From contig CATNEN010000039.1 in NCBI GenBank assembly GCA_950097015.1, positions 15,500,001 through 15,564,000 on the forward strand: DNA of 64,000 bases, read 5' to 3'. Positions 35,155 to 49,600 of the stretch are shown here, in pieces (position 1 is the stretch's first letter; each line of letters opens with the position of its first letter). The notes beneath the pieces were generated by a model. That model saw only the letters and a program-made list of their open reading frames with translations. It was not told where the DNA came from and did no database searches. Source of the stretch: Macrostomum hystrix. Lineage: Eukaryota; Animalia; Platyhelminthes. A program made the translations under genes and the position numbers.

Positions 35155-38100
35155 GCGCAGCAGTTGAAAATCTCCTATCCGAGCTTTCCTCGTGATGAGT
35201 CCATTGTGGACGACTTCTTTGGTGTGAAAGTTACAGATCCATATCGTGCACTGGAGGATAGCAGTAGTCCAAAAACAAAGAGCTTTGTAGATGCACAAAA
35301 TCAAGTGTTCAATAATTTCCTGGCCAATAGTCCAGACCGTGAGAAGCTGCGGCAGTGCCTAACTGATTTGAAGGATTATCCTAGATACTCGGTCACATTT
35401 CGGGAAGGTGACAATTATTTTAACTGGTACAATTCTGGTCTGCAGGCTCAGTCAGTACTGAAAGTTTGCAATGGCTACAATGGAGAGTCAAGAGTGCTGC
35501 TGGATCCTAACAGCTTAGCTGATGATGGCACTGTGTCTGTTGGACAGGTAAACTTTTTGCATGAAACACCTCTTTATCAAATTAGGCTTTTTTCTTTGAT
35601 TGTTCCTAATCATTAACTTGATTTTCCTAAACAATCACCAGTTTTCCACAATTATTTACATATTTTACTCAATAATTGTCCTAATTATTTACTTGATTTA
35701 TTTGACAGAGTAGAAAGACCATAGGCGCATTTCATATTCCCACTGCCTACTTCACAGTAGCTCCCAAACCAAATGAACCAATTTCGTGAAAATGAAAGTC
35801 CACAATTTAAATTACCCCCGAGGACTTTTAACTGCTAATCATTCACCTGAATGTCCCAATAATTCACCTGAATGTCCCAATAATTCACTTGAATGTCCCA
35901 ATAATTCACCTGAATGTCCCAATAATTCACCTGAATGTCCCAATAATTCACCTGAATATCCCAATAATTCACCTGAATTCCACAATCATTCACCTGAATG
36001 TCCCAATCATTCACATGAATTCCACAATCATTCACCTGAATATCTCAATCATTCACCTGAATATTCTAATCATTCACCTGAATATTCTAATCATTCACAT
36101 GAATTCCACAATCATTCACCTGAATATCTCAATCATTCACCCGAATATTCTAATCATTCACCTGAATATTCTAATCATTCACCTGAATATTCTAATCATT
36201 CACCTGAATATTCTAATCATTCACCTGAATATCCCAGTCATTCAACTAAATATCCCAGTCCACCTGAATGTCCCAGTCATTCACCTGAATGTCCCAATCA
36301 TTTACATGAATTCCACAATCATTCACCTGAATATCCCAGTCATTCACCTGAATATCTCAATCATTCACCTGAATATCCTAGTCATTCACCTGAATATCTC
36401 AATCATTCACCTGAATATTCTAATCATTCACCTGAATATTCTAATCATTCACCTGAATTCTCCAATCATTCACCAGAATATCCCAATTATTCATCTGAAT
36501 TCATCAATCAGAGCCATCCATGTCATCCTGTCACTCCGCAGGTGTCAGTTAGTCGCGATGGCTCAATCCTAGCCTATTCATTGTCGAATTGTGGCCTAGA
36601 CTGGCAAACAATTAGTTTTAAACGCGTTTCGGATGGCTCGGATCTGCCAGATCGCCTAGAGAAGGTAAAGTGTAGCGGCATCTCTTGGACAGCAGACGGA
36701 GCCGGGGTATTCTACAGCTGCTTTCCGCACGCTCAACTCGCATCGGACGGCGCCACAGGCGAAATGGATTTAAATCACAAGCTGATGTATCACAGGCTAG
36801 GCGAGGCGCAACAATCCAATGATCGATTGTGCGCGGAATTTCCCGACGCTCCTAAATGGTTAATTTCGGCTAACGTTAGCGATTGCGGCCAATACGCTTT
36901 GATTTCTGTTCACGAGGGTTGCAAGCCGGCTAATCAATTGCACGTTTGCCGACTAGCCAAGGATTGCCCGAATGGCGTTGGGGCAAGTAGCGGGCTGTTG
37001 CCCTACACTGTGGTGTCCGATACTTTCGATGCCAGCTATCATTATATTACTAATGACGGCCCGCTGTTCTATCTGATGACTAACGGAGAGGCGCCTAGAA
37101 ATAGGTGAGTCAAGAGTTATCATTAAGAAGTCCAGAAGAATTGTATGGGGAAATCCCTTCCCATTCTCTTCGGAAATCCCATAGGATTACCTTGGGAAAT
37201 CCCGTGGATTACCTTGAAAAATACCATAGGATTACCTTGGGAAATCCCGTGGATTACCTTGAAAAATACCATAGGATTACCTTGGGAAATCCCGTAGGAT
37301 AACCTTGATAAATCCTGTAGGATTAACTTGGGAAATCCCGTAGGATTACATAAAAAGTAGCTTAAAAGCTTAGTTTCAATCGCTGCTCTGAAACGCTTCG
37401 CACAGAATCGTAACTTTCTGCCTGGACACAATGCGCTGGCTTGAGCTGGTTCCGCAGCACAAAACAGACGTGCTAAGCACCGTAGCCTGCGTCAATCGCT
37501 CCTTGATCCTGTCTTACCGCCGCAACGTGCAAGACGTCCTGCTGGTCACTGACCTGTTAAACAGACAGGCCTGGCGTCGAATCGAATTCGGCTTGGGTAC
37601 AGTCGGCGCGATCTCCGCCAATCGGTGGCACAACGAGCTGTTCTTCTCCTATAGCAGCTTCCTGACGCCTAGCAACCAGTATCGGGTTGAGTTCACGCCA
37701 GACGGCGACTTTACTACTGAACTGATTCGAATATCTTCTCCAAAGGGATTCAATGCGGCTGAATATACCGAAGAGCAGGTCAGTGTTGCTGGTTTAGAAT
37801 TCTTAAATCCTAAGATTTAAATCCCAAAATCAATGACGAATCCCATGATTTAGATCCCAAAATCAATGACGAATCCCATGATTTACAACCCAAAATCAAT
37901 GACGAATCCCATGATTTACAACCCAAAATCAATGACGAATCCCATGATTTACAACCCACAATCAATGACGAATCCCATGATTTACAACCCAAAATCAATG
38001 ACGAATCCCATGATTTACAACCCACAATCAATGACGAATCCCATGATTTACAACCCAAAATCAATGACGAATTCCATGATTTACAACCCACAATCAATGA

Positions 38101-40939
38101 CGAATCCCATGATTTACAACCCACAATCAATGACGAATCCCATGATTTACAATCCAAAATCGATGAGGAAACCCAAAATCCCATGATGTTATTAAAAATC
38201 TTTTTACCTTTGTGCAGGTATTCTACTCGTCCAAAGACGGCACCAGGGTGCCAATGTTTATAGTTCGACATCGCGATTTAAAGGGCCTTGCGCCTTGCCT
38301 GCTATACGGCTACGGCGGCTTCAATTACAGCCTAATGCCCTATTTCAGCACCGACCGGCTGCCGTTGTTGCGCAATTATCGCTGTTCTTTCGCCATCGCC
38401 AATATTCGTGGCGGAGATGAATTTGGCGAGGAATGGCACCAAGGCGGCTGTTTGATGAATAAACAGAATTGCTTCGACGATTTCATCGCCGCCGGAGAGT
38501 ATCTCATTGCAGAGGGCGTTGCTCTGCCAGACAAGCTAGTCATTGAAGGCGCCAGCAATGGTGGTCTGCTAGTGGCCGCATGCGCTCTGCAACGGCCGGA
38601 TCTGTTTGCTGGCGTGATCTGCAGTATGGGCGTGTTGGATATGCTTCGATTTCATCGGTGAGTTCGCAAATCCTCAGTAGAAAATGCTTCCCGATCTTCG
38701 GCGTAGCCAATGCTTGCTGATCCTCATATTGAGTAGCCAATCGAGATCCCACAATAGAGCCGCCAATTATCCCAGATCCCACGATAGAGTCGCCAATCGA
38801 GATCCCACAATAGATTCGCCAATTATCCCAGATCCCACAATAGAGTAGCCAATCGAGATCCCACAATAGATTCGCCAATTATCCCAGATCCCACAATAGA
38901 GTCGCAAATCCTCCCAGATCCCACAATAGAGTCGCCAATCTTCCCAGATCACACAATAGAGTCGCGAATCTTCCCAGATCACACAATAGAGTTGCCAATC
39001 TTCCCAGATCACACAATAGAGTTGCCAATCTTCCCAGATCACACAATAGAGTTGCCAATCTTCCCAGATCACACAATAGAGTTGCCAATCTTCCCAGATC
39101 ACACAATAGAGTTGCCAATCTTCCCAGATCCCACAATAGAGTCGCCAATTATCTCAGATCCCACAATAGAGTCGCCAATTATCTCCCAGATCCCACAATA
39201 GAGTCGCCAATTATCCCAGATCCCACAATAGATTTGCCAATTATCCCAGATCCCACAATAGAGTCGTGAATCCTCTCAGATCCCACAATAGAGTCGCCAA
39301 TTATCCCAGATCCCACAATACAGTCACCAATTATCTCCCAGATCCCTCAATAGAGTCGCCAATTATCCCAGATCCCACAATAGAGTCGCCAATTATCTCA
39401 GATCCCACAATACAGTCACCACTTATCTCCCAGATCCCTCAATAGAGTCGCCAATTATCCCAGATCCCACAATAGATTTGCCAATTATCCCAGATCCCAC
39501 AATAGAGTCGTGAATCCTCTCAGATCCCACAATAGAGTCGCCAATTATCCCAGATCCCACAATAGAGTTGCCAATTATCTCAGATCCCACAATACAGTCA
39601 CCAATTATCACAGATCCCACAATACAGTCACCAATTATCTCAGATCCCACAATACAGTCACCAATTATCTCAGATCCCACAATAGAGTCGCCAATTATCT
39701 CAGATCCCACAATAGAGTCGCCAATTATCTCAGATCCCACAATAGAGTCGCCAATTATCTCAGATCCCACAATAGAGTCGCCAATTATCTCAGATCCCAC
39801 AATAGAGTCGCCAATTATCTCAGATCCCACAATAGAGTCGCCAATTATCTCAGATCCCACAATAGAGTCGCCAATTATCTCAGATCCCACAATAGAGTTG
39901 CCAATTATCTCAGATCCCACAATAGAGTCGCCAATCATCCCAGATCCCACAATAGAGTCGTGAATCCTCTCAGATCCCACAATAGAGTCGCCAATCATCC
40001 CAGATCCCACAATAGAGTCGTGAATCCTCTCAGATCCCACAATAGAGTCGCGAATCCTCCCAGATCCCACAATAGAGTCGCGAATCCTCCTAGATCCCAC
40101 AATAGAGTCGCCAATCTTCCCAGATTCCACAATAGAGTCGCCAATCTTCCCAGATTCCACAATAGAGTCGCCAATCTTCCCAGATTCCACAATAGAGTCG
40201 CCAATTATCTCAGATCCCACAATAGAGTCGCAAATTATCCCAGATCCTACAATTGAGTCGCGAATCCTCCGAGATCCCACAATAGAGTTGCCAATCCTCC
40301 CAGATCCCACAATAGAGTCGCGAATCCTCCGAGATCCCACAATAGAGTCGCCAATCATCCCAGATCCCACAATAGAGTCGCCAATCATCCCAGATCCCAC
40401 AATAGAGTCGCCAATTATCCCAGATCCCACAGTAGAGTCCCCAATTATCCCAGATCCCACAAAAGAGTCGCCAATCTTCCCAGATCCCACATTAGAGTCC
40501 CCAAATATCCTAGATCCCACTGTAGATTGTCCTCGCTTGTCAGCCGTCGCCGAACTTTCACCGTCGCAGGTTCACCGTCGGGCACAACTGGGTGTCGGAC
40601 TACGGCTGCCCAGACGGCAGCGAGTCAGAGTTTCGCTATATCTACGCCTATTCGCCTTTGCACAATGTCGCCAGAGTAGCTAAGCAGGCGCCGGCTAAAT
40701 TCCCGGCCCTATTAATCATGACGGCTAGTCACGACGATCGCGTTCTGGCATTGCACAGTCTGAAATTCATCGCCGAGGTGCAGCACCAGCTGGGCAGCCA
40801 GACTGACAGACCTCTGCTGGCTCGAGTTGAGACTAAAGACGGCCATGGCTTCGGCCGGCCGCTTAACAAGGCTATTGAAGAACGGTCTGATGTCTACTGC
40901 TTCATGCAGCAGTGCCTGGCTTTGGTGTGGCGCGACTGA
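35155..40939 (+). CDS. PREP: Prolyl oligopeptidase (S9A), 5 exons, 712 residues, initiator ATG not present in the first visible exon
   Basis: Exons 35155-35547, 36542-37104, 37406-37778, 38218-38657, 40570-40939 all in phase. [30 protein letters not shown] (Ser), HDDRV (Asp), GHG (His). Confidence 0.95.
35837..36500. repeat. 21-bp intronic minisatellite (aatcattcacctgaatattct)
   Basis: Tandem array in PREP intron 1. Confidence 0.95.
37174..37345. repeat. 45-bp intronic tandem repeat
   Basis: cataggattaccttgggaaatcccgtggattaccttgaaaaatac units in PREP intron 2. Confidence 0.85.
37812..38186. repeat. 33-bp intronic minisatellite
   Basis: aatcaatgacgaatcccatgatttacaacccaa units in PREP intron 3. 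Confidence 0.95.
38730..40525. repeat. 30-bp intronic minisatellite
   Basis: ccaattatctcagatcccacaatagagtcg units in PREP intron 4. Confidence 0.95.
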
Positions 40940-41454
40940 ACTCTGATTACTCCGGGGTAGGTCAGTGGATGGATAGAAAGATCATTGAGACATCATTTTT
41001 TCTGTTTTTATTCTGACTGGAAAGTTTCTTTTTGCTCCCTATATCCCCTGTTATCTTTCTAATCAACCTTTTAAATGTGTTTTGCTGTCGAAGAGTTGTT
41101 GTCCTAACTGTACCGCAGCTCTATATGTCAATAATTTATCAACCTTTTTTCTCCATGAAATTCTAGTTCTCAAATTTTCTTTCTCTATCCGGATGCAATT
41201 TTAACCGCATTAGCTTGATCTAATTTAGAAATATAATTATGCACTTCTTCAAGAAGAAGCGTCTACTACATCACTTCAGATCGCTTAATCGTCAGTTTAT
41301 TATAAGGCACTAGACACACATTCAAAATCATCCACGTTTTTTTCATGACTTGCTTATTTTTTGTTTTGTTTTATACACTGACAAACTAGGACAACATATG
41401 CAGGTAGGTATATACATATAGCTTTGCAATGCTTAAAGATAAGAGTCTCTACTC

Positions 41455-43178
41455 TTAGTGGGAAACCCTATCGAGAATCTCTTCCCTTAGTGGGAAACCC
41501 TATCGAGAATCTCTTCCCTTAGTGGGAAATCCAATCAGGAATCTCTTCCCTTTTGGGAAATCCAATCAGGAATCTCTTCCTTAGTGGGAAATCCAATCGA
41601 GAATCTCTTCCCTTAGTGAGAAATCCAATCAGGAATCTCTTCCCTTAGTGGGAAACCCTATCGAGAATCTCTTCCCTTAGTGGGAAATCCAATCAGGAAT
41701 CTCTTCCCTTTTGGGAAATCCAATCAGGAATCTCTTCCTTAGTGGGAAATCCAATCGAGAATCTCTTCCCTTAGTGGGAAATCGAATCAGGAATCTCTTC
41801 CCTTAGTGAGAAATCCAATCAGGAATCTCTTCCCTTAGTGGGAAATCCAATCAGGAATCTCTTCCCTTAGTGAGAAATCCAATCAGGAATCTCTTCCCTT
41901 AGTGAGAAATCCAATCAGGAATCTCTTCCCTTAGTGAGAAATCCAATCAGGAATCTCTTCCCTTAGTGAGAAATCCAATCAGGAATCTCTTCCCTTAGTG
42001 AGAAATCCAATCAGGAATCTCTTCCCTTAGTGAGAAATCCAATCGAGAATCTCTTCCCTTAGTGGGAAATCCCATCAGGAATCTCTTCCCTTAGTGGGAA
42101 ATCCCATCAGGAATCTCTTCCCTTGGTGGGAAATCCAATCAGGAAATCTCTTCCCTTAGTGGGAAACCCAATCGAGAATCTCTTCCCTTAGTGGGAAACC
42201 CAATCGAGAATCTCTTCCCTTAGTGGGAAATCCAATCAGGAATCTATTCCCTTAGTGGGAAATCCAATCAGGAATCTCTTCCCTTAGTGGGAAATCCAAT
42301 CCATAATCTCTTCCCTTAGTGAGGAAATCCAATCGATTATCTCTTCCCTTAGTGGGAAATCCAATCAGGAATCTATTCCCTTAGTGGGAAATCCAATCAG
42401 GAATCTCTTCCCTTAGTGGGAAATCCAATCGATAATCTCTTCCCTTAGTGGGAAATCCAATCGATAATCTCTTCCCTTCGTGGGAAATTCAATCGATAAT
42501 CTCTTCCCTTCGTGGGAAATCCAAGCGAGAATCTCTTCCCTTAGTGGGAAATCCAATCGAGAATCTCTTCCCTTCGTGGGAAATCCAATCGATAATCTCT
42601 TCCCTTAGTGGGAAATCCAATCAGGAATCTCTTCCCTTCATGGGAAATCCAATCGATAATCTCTTCCCTTAGTGAGGAAATCCAATCGAGAATCTCTTCC
42701 CTTAGTGGGAAATCCAATCGAGAATCTCTTCCCTTCGTGGGAAATCCAATCGATAATCTCTTCCCTTAGTGGGAAATCCAATCAGGAATCTCTTCCCTTC
42801 ATGGGAAATCCAATCGATAATCTCTTCCCTTAGTGAGGAAATCCAATCGAGAATCTCTTCCCTTAGTGAGGAAATCCAATCGAGAATCTCTTCCCTTAGT
42901 GGGAAATCCAATCAGGAATCTCTTCCCTTAGTGGGAAATCCAATCGAGAATCTCTTCCCTTAGTGGGAAATCCAATCGATAATCTCTTCCCTTCGTGGGA
43001 AATCCAATCGATAATCTCTTCGCTTCGTGGGAAATCCAATCGATAATTTCTTCCCTTAGTGGGAAATCCAAGCGGGAATCTCTTCCCTTGGTGTGAAATC
43101 CAATCGATAATTTCTTCCCTTAGTGGGAAATCCAATCGAGAATCTCTTCCCTTAGTGCGAAATCCAATCAGGAATCTT
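41455..43178. repeat. 32-bp minisatellite between convergent genes
   Basis: gggaaatccaatcaggaatctcttcccttagt units. Confidence 0.95.
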
Positions 43179-43664
43179 TTTATTAGTTTCGTTAATACGG
43201 CGGGAATCTCGTCGCAAGGCAAACTGAAGCGGTCCGCTTAACTTAGACTTTCTCAGGACTTTACTTTGAAAAAAAAGCACGAGAAAAAAATGAAACGCAA
43301 AGTAATGCTGCTTTTAATATATTAGAAACACTAGCATGGAAAAATGTCGCTTGGTTTGAGTTACATGACGCAATTGAATACTTTCTATCGAGGCTAACAA
43401 AACAGCTTCATCAATTTCGATTGCTACAAATCACTAGACATCTATCACAATTTCAAGTGCGATCCTACATGTACACGAAGTCATGGAGGGTAAAAAGATG
43501 GAAATGAAAAAATAAGAGTGAAATAGACAACCCACAGAAAACTAATAATACACTTGTCGTATGCGTCGTATAGAGAATACTAACTGCACTACTAACAGCA
43601 GAGTAAGAAGTAAATTCATATAAAAGCGTCAGGATTTTCATTTAAAACGATGCTCAGTCTGTTA

Positions 43665-46600
43665 TCAAACTTCGCTTCCAACGTCAAGTCGAGCCCACGG
43701 ATTGACGAAGCAGGCGGCTGCGTCCGTGGCTGTCGCCGAGGCGACCGCGGCAGCGCCCGGCAGCGGCAACGGTCCCTCGTTCTGTTCCCCAAGCTGCTGC
43801 TGCTGTTGCAGAAGAGTCGACTGCAGCAGCTCCGGCGGCGGCGGAGGAAGCAGCGATGAAGAAGCGGCGGATTCAAGGTCGACATCGAAGTCGACGGCAG
43901 CGCCGCAGCTGGTGGTGCGCGGTGGTGGCACCGGCGGTCCCGGACGATGCCGTTGAGGCTGCGTCAAAGTTGCAGACGCCTGATTGAGTGTGATGATGGC
44001 ACTCAGTGTTGTTAGAGACGTAGAGAAGTCACGATATCCCGTTTTTAATCCTCTATTGATGTCGATATTAAACATCGGGGTTGAATAATCAGAATATAAA
44101 TTCCTAGGGTTTGTAGTGCCGTTGTTTCAGGCTGGTTTGGTTGGCTCTGCCTTGCCCTCCACTCACCCTCCTCACCCGTCCCCGCCACCTGATTGGCTGG
44201 GCGCCGGCGTTAACCCTTACCCCAGCCCGGCGTGGCTTTCCCCCTCCCGCCAATCAGCTCAGCGTAGCTTTGCTCGTCCACCTGGACAGCGGGCACAACC
44301 CTACCTCCCCCGCGCGTTGTTGGCTTTACTTTAGTGGTTGGTGCGCCGCCTCCCGTGTCTTACCGCTCTATCCGTCAGGGTGTAGGGCATGAATTGTTTA
44401 TTTTATGTTTATTTGAACTATCGCCACGGTCTTTCTACTGTTAATAGGTCCGTAGGCCGGGAATCCGACCACAGTCAATACAGGTTTGTCATTTTTATAG
44501 AATGATTAGAAATTGCTCACCTTCGTTGAGACCTGACGCTGGGGCGGCTGCGGATGCTGCAGTTTTCGACGCTGCCTTCGGCGACCTTCGGCCCGAGATT
44601 CGAACTCAGCCTCGTAGTAGTTCGACGCCTCCTCTTCTTCCTCCGCTTCGTCGTCGACTTCTTCTTCCTCTACGTCCTCGTCGTCGTCAAACACTTGCCG
44701 GTCGCCAACCTCGGCCGACTGGCTGCAGAGTCGCAGCTCCAGCTGGCTGGACACCGATGGCTCCCGGCTGCTATCGTTTGAGCCCAGTGAGCTGCCTGAA
44801 GGCTCTCGACAATTTCGCTGCCTCTCGGCGTCGACCTCGACTTCGGCGACAGTGACAGAAGCGGCTGGGGTGACTGCGGCGGCCGAAGTTAATGATGAAG
44901 CCGTTGAAGTCGAAGAAGACGATGACGTGTTGCCGGACTCCTCGCTGACGGTGCTCAGTGCAGCTCCGCTGGCTCCGACGCTCCCAATGCTGGAGGCGAT
45001 CATCAGCGAACTGTTGAGGCTTGTCGACACTGACGGAGCTGCTGCTGCAGCTGAAGCTACGGTTAGAGGCGTTATGACCTCTTCTGCAGCAGCAGCTGCT
45101 TTGTGCAGCTGCAGCTGCTGTTGCTGAGGAATCAGCGGTGGCGATTGTGGAGGCGGTGGAGGCGACACGACAGCAGCCTGAATTTCGTTACCAACAGATT
45201 CGATTACTTCAGCGTCGCTTCCAAAATGATTGCCATCATCGAAGCCGTTCAGGCCGTCAATATCGTCCAGCTCCACCAGCGAGCCGCCAGTCTTGGGCGT
45301 GGCCAGGGCGCTCTCCAGCCGGCTGACTGAGCGCGGCCGACGCATCCCGCCGCACCAGTCGTCGTTTTCGACATCGGCGTCGAGTTCGACATCCTCGTCC
45401 GAAGTCATCGTAGCTACGACGTGACCGACAGCGTGCTCGTCAAGCTCGTCCAGGCTGTCGTCTCCACGGCGATGTGCACTGGCGGCAGCTGCAGCGGCGG
45501 CGGCGGCGGCGGCGGCGGCAGCGACGGCGGCTGGAGTTGGGCAGCAGCAGCTGTTGACGTAGGCCTGGGTGCTGGCGAGACGCTCCAACGATTCTAGAGG
45601 CGGTGGGGTGGTTGCGCCTTCGCCGTCGAATTCGCCTTCGCCATCCTCGCCATAGCCGTCGGGTCCGTCGCCGTATTCGACTCGCCGATCAGGAAGCGAT
45701 CTCGTGCGAAGCGAGGACACTCGACATCGACGCCAGGCTGCGTCGATATCGGCGTCGGGGTCGGTGTCAACGAAATCATCGGCGAAATCGAGCGGCGGCG
45801 GTGGCAACGGCGGGGAGGACGACAATATCGATTGCTGCTGCTGCTGAAGTTTGGGCGGCTTTGGCGGCGGTTGCGGTGGCTGCCGATTCTGCTGCTTCTG
45901 CTGCATGGCGGGCATTGTGGCCGACAAGCCGGTAGCAAATCTTGGATCTTCGTCCAAGTATGACATGGACAGTGGCGGCATTGAAGTTGGTGGTGACGTC
46001 ACCGGCTGCTGCTTCTGCTGCTGCGGCGTGGCCAGCGGATGTAACGGAAGCAGTGTGTGTGAGCCGCGAGATCCGGTAGAAGCAGCTCGAGAACCGCGGC
46101 CACTAAGCGCGGCTGCGGCCGCCATGGCTGCGGCTGCGGTGGCTGATAATGTGCCAGCTCGTCTGGCACCGCCCGGAGACCGGCTGGGAAGGGAGCGGGA
46201 GCTCCTAGGGAAATAAGTATGCGGGTGCAAGAGCTGCGTTTCTGAAATGGTTCAAACTGAGTCGATGTTCTTCAGAACCTGGTCCTTGATGAGCTACAGA
46301 ATCCGGTCCTCAATGAGCTACAGAATCCGGTCCTCAATGAGCTACAGAATCTGGTCCTCAATGAGCTACAGAATCTGGTCCTCAATGAGCTACAGAATCC
46401 GGTCCTCAATGAGCTACAGAATCTGGTCCTCAATGAGCTACAGAATCTGGTCCTCAATGAGCTACAGAATCTGGTCCTCAATGAGCTACAGAATCTGGTC
46501 CTCAATGAGCTACAGAATCTGGTCCTCAATGAGCTACAGAATCCGGTCCTTGACGGGCTACAGAATCTGGTCCTCAATGAGCTACAGAATCTAGTCCTCA

Positions 46601-49600
46601 ATGAGCTACAGAATCCGGTCCTCAATGAGCTACAGAATCCGGTCCTCAATGAGCTACAGAATCTGGTCCTCAGTGAGCTACAGAATCCGGTCCTCAATGA
46701 GCTACAGAATCTGGTCCTTAATGAGCTACAGAATCCGGTCCTCAATGAGCTACAGAATCTGGTCCTCAATGAGCTACAGAATCTGGTCCTCAATGAGCTA
46801 CATAATCCGGTCCTCCATGAGCTACAGAATCTGGTCCTCAATGAGCTACAGAATCTGGTCCTCAATGAGCTACAGAATCTGGTCCTCAATGAGCTACAGA
46901 ATCCGGTCCTCCATGAGCTACAGAATCTAGTCCTCAATGAGCTACAGAATCCGGTCCTCAATGAGCTACAGAATCTGGTCCTCAATGAGCTACAGAATCT
47001 GGTCCTCAATGAGCTACAGAATCCGGTCCTCCATGAGCTACAGAATCCGGTCCTCAATGAGCTACAGAATCCGGTCCTTGACGGGCTACAGAATCTGGTC
47101 CTCAATGAGCTACAGAATCTAGTCCTCAATGAGCTACAGAATCCGGTCCTCAATGAGCTACAGAATCCGGTCCTCAATGAGCTACAGAATCCGGTCCTCA
47201 ATGAGCTACAGAATCTGGTCCTCAGTGAGCTACAGAATCCGGTCCTCAATGAGCTACAGAATCTGGTCCTCAATGAGCTACAGAATCCGGTCCTGAATGA
47301 GCTACAGAATCTGGTCCTCAATGAGCTACAGAATCTGGTCCTCAATGAGCTACAGAATTCGGTCCTCCATGAGCTACAGAATCTGGTCCTCAATGAGCTA
47401 CAGAATCTAGTCCTCAATGAGCTACAGAATCCGGTCCTCAATGAGCTACAGAATCCGGTCCTCAATGAGCTACAGAATCTGGTCCTCAGTGAGCTACAGA
47501 ATCCGGTCCTCAATGAGCTACAGAATCTGGTCCTTAATGAGCTACAGAATCCGGTCCTCAATGAGCTACAGAATCTGGTCCTCAATGAGCTACAGAATCT
47601 GGTCCTCAATGAGCTACATAATCCGGTCCTCCATGAGCTACAGAATCTGGTCCTCAATGAGCTACAGAATCTGGTCCTCAATGAGCTACAGAATCTGGTC
47701 CTCAATGAGCTACAGAATCCGGTCCTCCATGAGCTACAGAATCTAGTCCTCAATGAGCTACAGAATCCGGTCCTCAATGAGCTACAGAATCTGGTCCTCA
47801 ATGAGCTACAGAATCTGGTCCTCAATGAGCTACAGAATCCGGTCCTCCATGAGCTACAGAATCCGGTCCTCAATGAGCTACAGAATCCGGTCCTTGACGG
47901 GCTACAGAATCTGGTCCTCAATGAGCTACAGAATCTAGTCCTCAATGAGCTACAGAATCCGGTCCTCAATGAGCTACAGAATCCGGTCCTCAATGAGCTA
48001 CAGAATCCGGTCCTCCATGAGCTACAGAATCCGGTCCTCAATGAGCTACAGAATCCGGTCCTCAATGAGCTTCAAAATGTTCCTTATTCAGCATCTTCAG
48101 CATTCAATCTAAAAAGGCAAATGGGAGACGAGGTAGATAATCCCTTAATTCCTTAATTTGGCAGAATCGTTTTTCCCGTCTTTCTTGCCTTCAGTATCCA
48201 GGCGTTAGATTACCGCTTTAATCCTGCTTCTTTTAGTGCCATTGCTTTGCTTAATAAGTCAAAGAGAATATTTAGCTATTTAGCTAGAGAACTATTTAGC
48301 TATTTCAGGTTTAAGCGGCAGTTTCAATCTTATCTAACAGTTTTTTCCCTAGCTGCTGCTCCTAGTGGTAGGCATTGAGGGGCTAGGTTTGTACTTTATC
48401 AATCTCCCATGGCGAGAGTAAGGTTCAATGGTTCTCACCAATCGGAACATGGCCGCCTGATGTAATAATTTTCGCGTACAAATTCCAGCAACTGTTTCTG
48501 TGTGCGGCCGCAGTACCTGCAACACAAATAATTGCAGGTTAATTACAGCTGTCAGTCTGTGCTTTAGCACCTGTGCTTTAGCACCTGGAAGTCTTAACTG
48601 ACACGTACAGTAACACTCTAACACTCTAGTGTTAGAAATTTATGATACAAAAATTGTACAGCTCGTTTTCGCAGCAATAAGCTATTAATCGTACTTTTGA
48701 TCCCAAAAACACGACCTGATTGAGTAATCTCCAGTAACTTCTAACTTACGGGCGCCTCAAGAAAAATAATTTTTATTTAGTATAATCCCAACTGATCCTT
48801 CAGAATTATCCCAACTGATCCTTCAGAATTATCCCTACTGATCCTTCAGAATTATCCCAACTGATCCTTCAGAATTATCCCTACTGATCCTTCAGAATTA
48901 TCCCAACTGATCCTTCAGAATTATCCCTACTGATCCTTCAGAATTATCCCAACTGATCCTTCTGAATTTTCCAAAATGATCCAGCTTGAAACTGCCCAAA
49001 TTATCCCACGAGACTGCAGGAGATCTCACCTGAACGAGGATCCCTTGGACACAACTTTACTCCTCGCCCTGAGCTGTGGCCGAGCTGATTGACACCTGAA
49101 AAAGGTGTGATGCTCGATGCACTTCTTCCAAAAGTGCTTGCACTCAACCCTGCTGTCAAAGTAGAAGTCTATGGCGTCCTTGTAAAAGCTCTGAAATTAT
49201 TATAAGAAAGTTATTTTGGTAAATTTGAACCAGCAATTTTAGTGGAAACAATTTTTTAAGTGTGCGGCGCGTCTATAAGAAACTTTAAAGATTGAGATTA
49301 CTGGGTAGAGTTTTGGCTTAATGAGAACAGTTCTGCTCAACGGAGAGCTTCATGATTCTGTTTCAGACCGGGCCCCTGCTAAATACAGCGTTTGTGAAGT
49401 TCATATTTATCTCTACCTTGTCATCTCATCTCTCCTGTGTCTCATCTCTCTCGTGCCTTATCTCTCCCGTGTCTCATCTCTCCCTTGTCTGGTATCTCTC
49501 GTGTCTTATCTCTCCCTTGTCTGGTATCTCCCGTGTCTCATCTCTCCCTTGTCTCATCTCTCCCTTGTCTGGTATCTCCCGTGTCTCATCTCTCCCTTGT

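Noticed and set aside
35786-36541. NHSPEY-repeat N-terminal part of the 440-aa ORF
   Set aside because: It is an intronic 21-bp satellite that happens to be in frame with exon 2; splicing 35547>36542 restores a normal PREP.
38767-43241. Repetitive ORFs ([10 protein letters not shown], etc.)
   Set aside because: Translations of 30- and 32-bp satellites, open in several frames and strands.
44105-44392. GC-rich intronic segment with paired CCAAT motifs, possibly a small LTR/SINE fragment
   Set aside because: No TSD, termini or second copy could be established.
46205-46241. Alternative acceptor at 46241 or TTG start at 46230 for the big FERM exon
   Set aside because: Phase-incompatible with the upstream exon (creates TGA); the acceptor at 46204 fits.
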